A stretch of DNA of 64,000 bases from an uncultured Granulicella sp. GTDB lineage: Bacteria > Acidobacteriota > Terriglobia > Terriglobales > Acidobacteriaceae. The stretch spans positions 21,375 to 85,374 of the forward strand of contig CAZAXI010000002.1 of assembly GCA_964489045.1 (NCBI GenBank). Direction: 5' to 3'. Under the pieces are notes generated by a model. That model saw nothing but the letters and a program-made list of their open reading frames with translations. It was not told the DNA's origin and ran no database searches. Positions within the stretch are counted from its first letter, which is position 1, and each line of letters begins with the position of its first letter. Made by a program: the position numbers and the translations under genes. Positions 1-9,128 of the stretch are shown here, in pieces.

Positions 1-277
1 TCTGCAGCGTTCCATCGCGAGTGATGCCCGCATTGTTCACCAGGATCTCTATGGGGCCGACTTCCGCGACGATCTTCTTCAGCGCTTCGGTGCATTGCTC
101 GAAGTCGGATGCGTCGAACTTGTAAACTTTGATTCCGGTCTCGTTCGAAAACGCTTCGGCCGCCCGATCATTGCTGGTGTAGGTGGCGACCACTGTGCGT
201 CCTGCATTTTGCAACGCACGGCTGATCTCCGCCCCTATCCCTCGTGTACCCCCCGTAACCAATGCCACTCGTGCCAT
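1..277 (-). CDS. phaB: Acetoacetyl-CoA reductase (5' part; gene runs off the window)
   Basis: Not in the ORF track. Manual minus-strand translation from ATG at 277 (GGAGG RBS upstream) gives MARVALVTGGTRGIG...ILVNNAGITRDG, the typical PhaB/SDR N-terminus. Lies in a PHA gene cluster. Confidence 0.88.
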   Translation of the reverse strand, partial: MARVALVTGGTRGIGAEISRALQNAGRTVVATYTSNDRAAEAFSNETGIKVYKFDASDFEQCTEALKKIVAEVGPIEILVNNAGITRDGTLQ

Positions 278-379
278 CTGTAGACCTCCGTGCGCCTACC
301 TTCGATGCGCAGACATATTACTCTCGATATTCCGCAAAGATTAGCTGGAGCCCGACATAATTTGAGGCAATTTACAATA

Positions 380-414
380 TGCTGCACTGCGTATGCGGAG
401 TATGCTGCATTGCA
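380..414. promoter_or_regulatory. Two tandem candidate PhaR operators in the divergent phaB/SDR promoter region
   Basis: TGCTGCACTGCG (380-391) and TGCTGCATTGCA (403-414). The reverse complement of the second, TGCAATGCAGCA, is identical to the site between phaP and phaR. Confidence 0.7.
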
Positions 415-487
415 TATAATTCGAAGCCAGCAGCACCACCGCGAATTGCCGTTCCCGGCAACTGCGACAAGGGGGAATGTCGAAGAA

Positions 488-1387
488 ATGTCCATTACGC
501 TGGAAGACCGGACCGCACCTGTGAGTGGCAAGCCCGCCGTAGATGCCGATGCACCGCTGTCACCGTTTACACTTGAGGGCCGGACGGCCCTGGTTACCGG
601 CTCGGGCCGAGGCATTGGCCGGGCGATTGCGAAACGCCTGGCGGCGGCAGGCGCAAACGTCATGCTGAACGATATGGATGAAGCCCTGCTGGTGGAGGCG
701 GAAGCCGATCTTGGCCATGCCGGGCGGGTTGGCCACGTGACCGGAGATCTTACCGACCCGGCTACGCCGGAGGCGGTCGTGCAGGCAGTTTTGGGCGCCT
801 TTGGCGCCATCGACATCATCGTCAACAACGCCGGCTACAGTTGGGACAGCGTCATCCAGAAAACCACCGACGAGCAGTTCCAGGCCATGCTGGACATTCA
901 CTTGGTCACGCCGTTCCGGATTCTGCGCGCGGCCTCCGGGTACCTCCGGGAAGCAGCCAAGAGCGAGGCTGCGAATAACCGGCGCGTCATGCGCAAGGTC
1001 GTCAACATCACCTCCATCTCGGGGACCGACGGCAATCCCGGACAAGCTGGTTATTCCTCGGGAAAAGCCGGTGTCATCGGCCTGACAAAAACTCTGGCCA
1101 AGGAGTGGGGCCGCTACAACGTAAACGTCAACGCGGTCGGATTTGGCCTGATCGAGACCCGGCTGGTGCAATCCCTGGATGGCCCTGATGCCAACCTGCA
1201 CATGCACGGGCACGAAATCCGGCTTGGGGTCCAGCCAACCCTGCTGGAATCCTTGAAAAGTGTCTGCCCGCTGGGACGCCTGGGTACCCCGGACGAAGCC
1301 GCCGGAGCGGTCCTGTTCTTCTGCTCTCCGCTGTCGGACTACGTCACCGGAGAGGTGCTGATCTGCGGCGGAGGGATGCACTTCTAG
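488..1387 (+). CDS. SDR-family oxidoreductase (FabG/3-oxoacyl reductase-like)
   Basis: TGSGRGIG Rossmann motif, NNAG, YxxxK (YSSGK). Start placed at ATG 488; the ORF-track extension runs through the operator region. Confidence 0.88.
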   Translation: MSITLEDRTAPVSGKPAVDADAPLSPFTLEGRTALVTGSGRGIGRAIAKRLAAAGANVMLNDMDEALLVEAEADLGHAGRVGHVTGDLTDPATPEAVVQAVLGAFGAIDIIVNNAGYSWDSVIQKTTDEQFQAMLDIHLVTPFRILRAASGYLREAAKSEAANNRRVMRKVVNITSISGTDGNPGQAGYSSGKAGVIGLTKTLAKEWGRYNVNVNAVGFGLIETRLVQSLDGPDANLHMHGHEIRLGVQPTLLESLKSVCPLGRLGTPDEAAGAVLFFCSPLSDYVTGEVLICGGGMHF

Positions 1388-1668
1388 TCACTATCATCAA
1401 CCGCCAGCGAACCTGGAACACCACTCTGCCGGCCTGTCGCCGCCGCGGGGCGCGGAGTTCCGGCGGAATCTTCGCCCATAATCCGTCATTAAGATTAAAC
1501 GCTATTGTCGTGTGGATGACGAACTGTGTTATCGGTTTGGATTTATAGTGCAACTGCTCAGACTGCGGCATAAGTTGCAGGCTGAATTACTACTCGAAAC
1601 GCGCCCGCCCCACCAGCACGTCTCCAGTACGATCCGACCGGCACTTGGCTGAGCTGGGGAGGACGGAA

Positions 1669-2859
1669 ATGACAAACCCACAAGAAGTTGTGATTTTGAG
1701 TGCGGTGCGAACGGCGGTCGGCAAATTTGGCGGCGCTCTGAAGGACACCCCGCTCACGGAATTAGCAGCTACGGTGACACGCGAGGCTGTGAGGCGTTCC
1801 GGACTTGCTGCAACCGATGTCAACGCGGTTGTCTTCGGCAATGTGATTCACACTGAACTGAAGGATATGTATCTCGCGCGGGTCGCAGCATTGAACGGAG
1901 GTCTGCCGATTGAGACTTCGGCCATCACTGTCAACCGCCTTTGCGGCAGCGGCTTGTCGGCTATCCTGCTCGCGGCGATTGAGGTTGCTCATGGCGATGC
2001 AGTGGCTGCGGTAGGCGGCGGCGCAGAATCCATGAGCCGGGCGCCGTACTGGCTTCCCAGCATGCGCTGGGGTGCGCGCATGAACGACACCACGGTCCTG
2101 GACGCAATGGTTGGGGCGCTGACCGATCCATTTGAAGGAGTTCACATGGGCGTCACGGCTGAGCATGTCGCCCAGAAGTGGAGTATCACCCGGCAGGCTC
2201 AGGATGAGCTGGCGGTTGAGAGCCACAGGCGCGCGCTGGACGCGATCCAGAGCGGCAAGTTCACAGAACAGATTGTGCCCATCGAGATCAAGATAAAGGG
2301 CGGCACGACGCTGTTCGCCACCGACGAGTCGCCTCGACCCGATGCAACGCTCGAGAACCTCGCAAAGCTGAAGCCCGTCTTCGATAAGAATGGAACCGTA
2401 ACCGCCGGCAATTCCTCCAGCATCAATGACGGCGCGGCCGCTCTCGTTCTGATGGGACGTCAGGCGGCGGAGGAGCGCGGCTTGAAGCCTATGGCGAAGC
2501 TGGTGGACTACACCATTACCGGGGTGGAACCCGGATACATGGGCATCGGACCGATTCCAGCAGTGCGCAGTCTGCTCCAGCGGACCAGGCTTACGGTTGA
2601 ACAAATCGACGTTTTCGAAGTGAACGAAGCTTTCGCCGCGCAGGCCCTGGCCGTCGTAGGCGATCTGGGCTTCCCCGCTGCAAAGACCAATCCCAATGGG
2701 AGTGGAATTTCGCTGGGGCATCCGATCGGAGCGACCGGCGCGATTGTGACCGTAAAAGCGCTCCACGAGCTGCGCCGTATCAAGGGGCAATACGCCTTGG
2801 TAACCATGTGTATCGGTGGAGGCCAGGGGATTGCGGCAATCTTCGAGGCACTCTACTAG
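1669..2859 (+). CDS. phaA: Acetyl-CoA acetyltransferase (beta-ketothiolase, PhaA/BktB-like)
   Basis: NRLCGSG catalytic Cys, NEAFA, GHPIGATG and CIGGGQG motifs. GGAGG RBS before ATG 1669. Confidence 0.92.
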   Translation: MTNPQEVVILSAVRTAVGKFGGALKDTPLTELAATVTREAVRRSGLAATDVNAVVFGNVIHTELKDMYLARVAALNGGLPIETSAITVNRLCGSGLSAILLAAIEVAHGDAVAAVGGGAESMSRAPYWLPSMRWGARMNDTTVLDAMVGALTDPFEGVHMGVTAEHVAQKWSITRQAQDELAVESHRRALDAIQSGKFTEQIVPIEIKIKGGTTLFATDESPRPDATLENLAKLKPVFDKNGTVTAGNSSSINDGAAALVLMGRQAAEERGLKPMAKLVDYTITGVEPGYMGIGPIPAVRSLLQRTRLTVEQIDVFEVNEAFAAQALAVVGDLGFPAAKTNPNGSGISLGHPIGATGAIVTVKALHELRRIKGQYALVTMCIGGGQGIAAIFEALY

Positions 2860-2904
2860 AAGCTGCTTACGCCCGCGTTGTGCAACCCCAACCGCTGGCC
2901 GTAG

Positions 2905-3966
2905 CTAATCGGACCGGCTTGAGAGCCATCCTTCGATGTGTGGCCAGGTACGCTTTTCTGCGCCACTGCCGGCCATGATGCCGATGTGGCCTCCTTGTAC
3001 CCGGTAGACCTCTTTGTCACGGCTACCCACTCGGGCCAGCACGGTCTCCGATTGGCAGGGCGGCGTGATGTGGTCGCCCTCGGCAATCACGGTCAACAGG
3101 TTGGCCCGCAATCGGCTCAGGTCCACTTGCTCGCCGCGGATCACGAGTTCGCCCTTCATAAGGCGATCATTGCGATACAAATCCACGATGAGTTGGCGAA
3201 ACGCACCGCCGGCCATTGGGATATTGTCCCGGACCCAGGTGTTCATCGCATGCCAATTCTCAACCGCCTTGGGGTTCTCGAGATTGTCCCAAAGCTTCAG
3301 ATAGTTGGCGATATAGTTCTCGACAGGCTTCAATGCCTTGGCGCCGTAGTCGATCATCTCCGCCGGCATGTTGCCAAAAAGTTGGAGAACCTTGTCCAGG
3401 TCAAAGTACTTCTCATCGACCCAGCGGCCAAAGGTCAGGTGCTCCTTGTCGGAGAAGTCAAGCGGCGCAGTCAGCAGGATCAGATTCCGCAGACCATCGT
3501 CGGGTCTTAAAGCGGCGTAGATGGTCGTGAGAATGGCCCCAATGCACCATCCAAGAACACTCACTTCTTCAACCCCGGAGAGAGCCTTGATCTTGCGAAC
3601 AGCCCTGGGCATGTACTCGAGGGTATAGTCATCGAACTTGAGGTGACTGTCCTCCGGGCCCGGACAGCCCCAGTCCAGCAGATACACATCGAACCCGCGT
3701 TCCACAAGGTATTCAACGAAACTATGCCCCGGTCGCAGGTCAAGAATGTAGGGCCGGTTCATCAGCGCAAAAACCAGCAGCAGGGGGACCCGATGGCGGT
3801 CCTGCTGCGGGACAACCGGAATGTACCGGTAGAGTTTGGCCTTGTTCAGCGTCCACACCAATTCCTTCGGCGTCTGGGCGATCGGCGCCTTCGTGGTCAT
3901 CACCCTGGTGACCGTCTCCAGTCGCTCCTGAAGAGCAGTCAGCGGATCCGTTTCAGCCTGTGCCAT
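2905..3966 (-). CDS. phaC: Class III/IV-type PHA synthase catalytic subunit
   Basis: 353 aa. LMNRPYILDL, lipase-box variant GWCIG, catalytic D (AEGDHI) and H (GGHIG). Confidence 0.93.
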   Translation of the reverse strand: MAQAETDPLTALQERLETVTRVMTTKAPIAQTPKELVWTLNKAKLYRYIPVVPQQDRHRVPLLLVFALMNRPYILDLRPGHSFVEYLVERGFDVYLLDWGCPGPEDSHLKFDDYTLEYMPRAVRKIKALSGVEEVSVLGWCIGAILTTIYAALRPDDGLRNLILLTAPLDFSDKEHLTFGRWVDEKYFDLDKVLQLFGNMPAEMIDYGAKALKPVENYIANYLKLWDNLENPKAVENWHAMNTWVRDNIPMAGGAFRQLIVDLYRNDRLMKGELVIRGEQVDLSRLRANLLTVIAEGDHITPPCQSETVLARVGSRDKEVYRVQGGHIGIMAGSGAEKRTWPHIEGWLSSRSD

Positions 3967-3969
3967 GGT

Positions 3970-4458
3970 TTACTTCCTTTTTCTCGCATTGCCGCGCACG
4001 CCCTTGGCGGTCTTCGCCGCAACTCTCCCAGCCCGGCGCGCGGGCGTGCCTTTCGGTGCTGTCTTTGCGGCGGCCTTCGGTTGCTGGGCGATTGCCTCGG
4101 CACTCCCAGGTGCTTTCATGCCTGCAAGCGTCTTTTCCATTCGATCCAGCTTGGCGTCCAGATTGTCCAACTGCATTTCAATGTTTGTGAAGCGACCGGC
4201 CAGGCCGGCAAAATCTGCGCTCGTCGGCATATGGAACTGCTGCAGGGTTCGCAGAATGACCTGTTCTGCAGGATCCTTGAACGGGGCCGCGGCCTTCAGA
4301 TAGCTGTTCAGCGCGGCGCCAGACGCCTGCGCATAGCTTTCACTATTAACTTCCTCGACCAGATACTTGGACCAAGTCTCCAGGTAGGCATCTCGCAATT
4401 CGTGCATTTTCTCGGCAAGATTCTGCTGATTGGTGGCTTTCGGCTCTGCGTCGCTCAT
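3970..4458 (-). CDS. phaE: Small PHA synthase partner subunit (PhaE-like) with Ala/Lys/Arg-rich tail
   Basis: Ends 3 bp upstream of phaC. MPT...LAGRFTNIEMQLDNLDAKLDRME coiled coil resembles PhaE/class IV partner C-termini. Confidence 0.72.
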   Translation of the reverse strand: MSDAEPKATNQQNLAEKMHELRDAYLETWSKYLVEEVNSESYAQASGAALNSYLKAAAPFKDPAEQVILRTLQQFHMPTSADFAGLAGRFTNIEMQLDNLDAKLDRMEKTLAGMKAPGSAEAIAQQPKAAAKTAPKGTPARRAGRVAAKTAKGVRGNARKRK

Positions 4459-4499
4459 CGATCGTCCTCCAACGAATGCCTAAGAGCCTACACCCAAAG

Positions 4500-4548
4500 G
4501 CAGCCGCGAAGCAGGGGCCACGTACAGTGGTTCCCAGCTCCGGGCTGC
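4500..4548 (-). other. Long intergenic hairpin between phasin and phaE
   Basis: Minus strand GCAGCC-CGGAGCT-GGGAACCAC-TGTAC-GTGGCCCCT-GCTTCGC-GGCTGC pairs through most of its length. Confidence 0.55.
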
Positions 4549-4591
4549 ATTCAAGCATGTACCAGCCAAATCAAAGCGTTGACACGTTGGT

Positions 4592-5161
4592 TCAGGCAGT
4601 CCGCTTCAAGGCGATGTTCAGGATTTCCTTCTGCGTCTCGACCAGAGAATCGAGGCCGCGCTGAATCGAATCCGCCGCAGTTTCGATGGGGGTTCCGGCG
4701 ACGCCGGACTGCTTCCTGAAGGTGTCAAAAGCCGCCTTCGTCTGTGCCGCGGAGAAATCAATCGCGTTCTTCTGGGTTGCGGCAGCTCGCTCGACCGTGT
4801 CCCGGACAATCGTCTTTACCGCGGCGTTCGCGTCCGAAATAGAACCGACTCGTTCACTGGCAAGCCCTGCCAGTGTCTGGCTCTGCTCCAGGGCCAGGTC
4901 GATTGCTCCTTTTTGCATGTCGACGAATTGCCCAAACATGCTCCCAGCCAGGTCGAGAACGCTGGGTACCGGGGTGCCGGGGGTTACCTGTGCAATCTTC
5001 TTCCAGGCTCCAATCAGGTCGGCGTTCTGTTGTGCCGCGCTATCCAGGGCCTTCTTCTGTGCCGCGGCGATGCGTTCGATGCTCTTGGTGTACAACGTCG
5101 AAATCGTCTCCACGACCTCTGTCTGCTTGTCTTGCGGGCTAGTGACTTTACGGGTTGCCAT
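4592..5161 (-). CDS. phaP: Phasin-like PHA granule protein
   Basis: 189-aa Ala/Gln/Thr-rich, probably helical protein. Divergent from phaR with a TGC palindrome upstream. AGGAGG RBS before ATG 5161. Confidence 0.7.
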   Translation of the reverse strand: MATRKVTSPQDKQTEVVETISTLYTKSIERIAAAQKKALDSAAQQNADLIGAWKKIAQVTPGTPVPSVLDLAGSMFGQFVDMQKGAIDLALEQSQTLAGLASERVGSISDANAAVKTIVRDTVERAAATQKNAIDFSAAQTKAAFDTFRKQSGVAGTPIETAADSIQRGLDSLVETQKEILNIALKRTA

Positions 5162-5196
5162 GTCATTCCTCCTTAGGAATAGTCTGCTGCATTTAT

Positions 5197-5211
5197 TGCT
5201 GCAATGCAGCA
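5197..5211. promoter_or_regulatory. Palindromic candidate PhaR operator
   Basis: Perfect 7-1-7 palindrome TGCTGCA-A-TGCAGCA between phaP and phaR. Confidence 0.78.
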
Positions 5212-5265
5212 TATAGATAGCATACGCCACCCCGGAATCTTGTCAAGGGGTAAGATGAATTTGTT

Positions 5266-5838
5266 ATGGCTAAAGCCGTTCTCATCAAGAAGTACGAAAA
5301 CCGGCGCCTTTACGACACCACCAACAGCCGATATGTGAACCTCGACGAAGTATCCCAAATGCTGCAGCGCGGCGAAGATGTGCGGGTTGTCGATGCCGCG
5401 ACCGGCGAAGACATCACGCGTCTGATTTTGACCCAGATTATCGTAGAAGACGCCAAAACATCGGATTCCAACTTCCCCCTTGATGTTCTGCGTCAGATGG
5501 TGATTGCGTCGGGCAAGGTGGGCCAGGAGGGCACCCTCAAATACATGAAGGCAATCCTCGATTTTTATCAGGACACTTATCGCGCCATCGCCCCACCCAT
5601 GAATCCGTTTGAGTTCATGTCTGCACAGGCCGCCGAGCGTCGCGGCAGCGCTGAGCGGTCTGACCCGGCGGCGACAGACCGTGCTGCCGAAAACTCCCGC
5701 ACCCAACCTGCAGGGGGGACCGATGCTGAAGAAGTGATGGAAATGAAGCGGCGCCTCGCAGAACTCGAAGAAGTCGTCTCCCGCATGGCCCCCAAACGGA
5801 CTCCGCGCAAGAAAAAGGGCAGCCCTGGCGTGAAATGA
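5266..5838 (+). CDS. phaR: PHA synthesis repressor PhaR
   Basis: IKKYENRRLYDT...YVNL...VVDAATGEDITRLILTQII DNA-binding domain signature. Confidence 0.93.
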   Translation: MAKAVLIKKYENRRLYDTTNSRYVNLDEVSQMLQRGEDVRVVDAATGEDITRLILTQIIVEDAKTSDSNFPLDVLRQMVIASGKVGQEGTLKYMKAILDFYQDTYRAIAPPMNPFEFMSAQAAERRGSAERSDPAATDRAAENSRTQPAGGTDAEEVMEMKRRLAELEEVVSRMAPKRTPRKKKGSPGVK

Positions 5839-5932
5839 GGAACGAAGCTAAGGCTTCCGGTTCCATCGTTTACCACAACGCTGCCAGCCCCAAATGGAAG
5901 CAGCGGCATAGCGTCTAAATTATTGATTTATT

Positions 5933-6007
5933 TGGTGTCCCCAACGGGATTCGAACCCGTATTACCGCCGTGAAAGGGCGATGTCCTAACCATTGAACGA
6001 TGGGGAC
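5933..6007 (-). tRNA. tRNA-Glu (anticodon TTC)
   Basis: GTCCCCATCGTTCAATGGTTAGGACATCGCCCTTTCACGGCGGTAATACGGGTTCGAATCCCGTTGGGGACACCA forms a cloverleaf with encoded CCA. Confidence 0.97.
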
Positions 6008-6242
6008 CGGAGCCGTTCTTGGGACCGTGGATGCGCTCTGGCCAAGTCTCCACGCTATCAACTTCAGGCACGCGAGTCAAAATGCGCTTCGCCTAATAAG
6101 TACGCGAAATCCACGGCAGGGTTGCGCGTAGGATGATTCGCAAGGCGACAAGTCCGGTCGTACCACCGCTGGGCGAATCTCGCTCGCCGGGAACGACGGC
6201 TGTCTCACCTTCGACTTCCAGATCTGCAAAGGCACTCGCACC

Positions 6243-6872
6243 ATGACCCCTCAAAAACCCGGCCGCGCTGAAGTCGGCCGCATCGAAGTCATCACCGGTC
6301 CCATGTTCTCCGGCAAGAGCGAGGAACTGATCCGCCGCCTGAAGCGCGCGCGCATCGCCCGCCAGCAGGTGGCCTGCTTCAAGCCCGACATCGATCTGCG
6401 CTACCACCGCACCGCCATCGCCTCGCACAGCGCGCAGACCCATGAGGCGGTGACGGTTGCGAACGTCGCCCATCTGCGTGACGCGCTCTATCCGCAGCTC
6501 GAGGAGGTTGAGGTGGTCGGCATTGACGAGGGACAGTTCTTCGACCAGGCGATCGTGCAGCTCACCGGAGAACTGGTGCACATGGGCAAGCGCATCGTCA
6601 TCGCCGGCCTGGACACCACCTTCACCGGCGATCCGTTTGGCCCGATTCCGGCGCTGATGGCCATCGCGGACGAGGTGACCAAGCTCTCGGCCGTGTGCAT
6701 GGTTTGCGGCGCGCCGGCCATCCACACGCAGCGGCTGGGCGCCAGCCGCGAACTGGTCGTCGTGGGCGCTGCCGGAATTTACGAAGCCCGCTGCCGCGCC
6801 TGCTTCCGCCCCTACCTGGATGCGCCCGAGAGCGAGCAGATGGAACTGCCCGAAGCGCAGATGGCGCGATAA
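6243..6872 (+). CDS. tdk: Thymidine kinase
   Basis: GPMFSGKS P-loop, IDEGQF, AGLD, and Zn-binding CxxC...YEARCRAC. Confidence 0.95.
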   Translation: MTPQKPGRAEVGRIEVITGPMFSGKSEELIRRLKRARIARQQVACFKPDIDLRYHRTAIASHSAQTHEAVTVANVAHLRDALYPQLEEVEVVGIDEGQFFDQAIVQLTGELVHMGKRIVIAGLDTTFTGDPFGPIPALMAIADEVTKLSAVCMVCGAPAIHTQRLGASRELVVVGAAGIYEARCRACFRPYLDAPESEQMELPEAQMAR

Positions 6873-6937
6873 GGCGTCGCGCGTTGGCGCTGCCTGCGTC
6901 AGTGCCGGGCATAATTACATCGTGATACGATGTAATT

Positions 6938-7462
6938 ATGCGTCTCGCGCAACCAACCTCGTCGCAAATTGCCCTGCTGCGGGCGCTGGCGGAGTTCCGC
7001 TACCAGCTTCGCAGCTTCCTCCAATTCAGCGAGCAGGTGGCGCAGGAGCATGATTTGCGTCCTCGCCAGCACCAGCTCCTATTGCAGATCGCGGGCCTTC
7101 CTGAAGGCCGCTCAGCCACCATCAACTTCCTGGCGGGACGCCTGGGCCTGCGCCAGAACAGCGTGGTCGAACTGGCCGACCGCTCGGTGGCCCAGGGATT
7201 GGTCCGGCGCGTCGAGGACGCCGAAGATCGCCGCCGCACCGTTCTTTCCGTTACCGCCAAAGGGATGGGCCTGCTGCACGCCTTGTCGGCGGGCCACGCG
7301 CGCGAACTGGACGAGTTCGCGCCGCAACTGGCCCGCGCGCTGAACCAAATCAAGACGGCGCGAACGGCGCGGCACAACGGCGGATTGGCTCTTGCCGCGA
7401 GCGCAGTACCCAATTCCAGCTTGCCGGCGTCAGATGGAAAGAAGCTGCGGAGGCGGCGTTGA
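6938..7462 (+). CDS. MarR-family transcriptional regulator
   Basis: Winged helix ending in GLVRRVEDAEDRRRTVLSVTAKG. Overlaps the ClC start. Confidence 0.85.
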   Translation: MRLAQPTSSQIALLRALAEFRYQLRSFLQFSEQVAQEHDLRPRQHQLLLQIAGLPEGRSATINFLAGRLGLRQNSVVELADRSVAQGLVRRVEDAEDRRRTVLSVTAKGMGLLHALSAGHARELDEFAPQLARALNQIKTARTARHNGGLALAASAVPNSSLPASDGKKLRRRR

Positions 7463-9069
7463 ACTCTCAGTCCTCGGTACTGCGTGACTTCACGGTGGAC
7501 CGCCGCGTCTGGCTGCTCTCCGTGGTTGCCGTCGCGATTGGCGCGGGCGCGGCCGTGCTTGCGGTGGTGCTGTTGAAGGCCATCGCTTTCGCCACCAATC
7601 TCTTTTACTACCATCGCCTCAGCCTGGCGCCGGTCTCGCCTGCGGGCAGCCCGCTGGGAATCTGGATGGTGCTGGCGCCCATCGTTGGCGGCGTAATCGT
7701 TGGCCTGATCGCGCGCTTCGGTTCGGACAAGATCCGCGGCCACGGCATTCCCGAAGCGATCGAAGCGATCCTGCTGAACGGCGCGCGGGTCGACCCCATC
7801 ATCGCCGTGCTGAAGCCGATCTCGGCGGCGATCTCCATCGGCTCGGGCGGACCGTTCGGCGCGGAGGGCCCCATCATCATGACCGGCGGCGCGTTCGGCT
7901 CGCTGGTGGCGCAGTGGATGCACCTGACCGATGCGGAGCGCACCACGCTGCTGGTCGCCGGCGCCGCAGCCGGCATGTCGGCGACGTTTGCCGCGCCACT
8001 GGCGGCGATCCTGCTGGCGGTGGAACTGCTGCTGTTCGAGTGGCGGCCCCGCAGCCTGGTCCCGGTTGCGTTCGCCAGCATCACGGCGGAGATTGTGCGC
8101 ACCCTCTGGCTCGGCTCCGGCCCCCTGTTCGCCATGCCCGATATGCCGTACCGGCAGTCCGCGCTGGTCGCGGTTGCGGCGCTCGTGCTTGGACTGGTGG
8201 TGGGGGTTGCCGCAGCCGGGCTGAGCCGGATGATGTATGGCTTCGAAGATATGTTCGAGCGGCTGCCGGTGCACTGGATGTGGTGGCCGGCGATCGGTGG
8301 AATCGGCATCGGCGTTGGCGGCCTGATCTTTCCGCGCGGGTTGGGCGTGGGTTACGACAACATCGCGGAACTGCTGCGCGGCAACGCTCCTCTGGGGTTG
8401 CTGGTGGGCCTGGTGCTGGCCAAGTCACTGATGTGGGCATTCTCACTCGGCTCGGGAACCTCCGGCGGCGTGCTGGCGCCGCTGCTGATGATTGGCGGAG
8501 CGATTGGCGTGCTGGCCGCGCACGCCGCGCATCTGAGTGCTTCTGACCAGGCGCTGTGGGCCGCCGTTGGCATGGGAGCGATGCTCTCCGGCTCGCTCGG
8601 CGTGCCGCTTACGGCCATTGTCTTCTGCCTGGAGATCACGCATTGCCTGCCCGCGCTGCTACCCGTGATGCTGGGCTGCGTGGCTGCGTACGCGATGACC
8701 TCGCTGATCATGCCGCGCTCGATCCTGACCGAGAAACTGAGCCGCCGCGGAACCCACCTCACGCGCGAGTACGGCACCGATCCGCTGGAGACGGTCAGCC
8801 TGGTGGAGGTGATGGCGGAGCTTGGCCAGACAAAGTGCGCCGGGCAAGTGCCCGAGTCGCCGCTGCCGGAGGTGTACGCCTTCGCCGACGAGACGTCCCG
8901 CGCGGCAGTGGACAAGATGGCAATTTCGGGCCTGATGTCGCTGCTGGTGATCGACCGCGACACCATGACGATCTGCGGGACGGTGCTTCTGCGCGACCTG
9001 CTGCTGGGCCGGCGCAAGCTGGTGAAGCGCGAACAGGAGCGGGAGCGCGTGTTCACGGCGTGGCGCTAG
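7459..9069 (+). CDS. ClC-family chloride channel/H+ antiporter with degenerate C-terminal CBS region
   Basis: GHGIPE, GGPFGAEGP and SGGVLAP motifs; many TM helices. Confidence 0.9.
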   Translation: MNSQSSVLRDFTVDRRVWLLSVVAVAIGAGAAVLAVVLLKAIAFATNLFYYHRLSLAPVSPAGSPLGIWMVLAPIVGGVIVGLIARFGSDKIRGHGIPEAIEAILLNGARVDPIIAVLKPISAAISIGSGGPFGAEGPIIMTGGAFGSLVAQWMHLTDAERTTLLVAGAAAGMSATFAAPLAAILLAVELLLFEWRPRSLVPVAFASITAEIVRTLWLGSGPLFAMPDMPYRQSALVAVAALVLGLVVGVAAAGLSRMMYGFEDMFERLPVHWMWWPAIGGIGIGVGGLIFPRGLGVGYDNIAELLRGNAPLGLLVGLVLAKSLMWAFSLGSGTSGGVLAPLLMIGGAIGVLAAHAAHLSASDQALWAAVGMGAMLSGSLGVPLTAIVFCLEITHCLPALLPVMLGCVAAYAMTSLIMPRSILTEKLSRRGTHLTREYGTDPLETVSLVEVMAELGQTKCAGQVPESPLPEVYAFADETSRAAVDKMAISGLMSLLVIDRDTMTICGTVLLRDLLLGRRKLVKREQERERVFTAWR

Positions 9070-9128
9070 CTCACGGTCAAACTCCTGCGCTATGCTAAGG
9101 GGCACGTACCTTCTGAAGGAGGATCGCC

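Noticed and set aside
290..487. N-terminal extensions in the ORF track (also 4592-5230, 9697, 23093, 42595, 44609, 51385, 55453, 58160)
   Set aside because: Downstream starts have better RBSs, signal peptides or domain boundaries, and the extensions cross regulatory DNA.
1549..1579. TGCAACT-N17-AGTTGCA inverted repeat upstream of the thiolase as another PhaR site
   Set aside because: Spacing and sequence do not match the 12-mer seen at the other sites; weak evidence.
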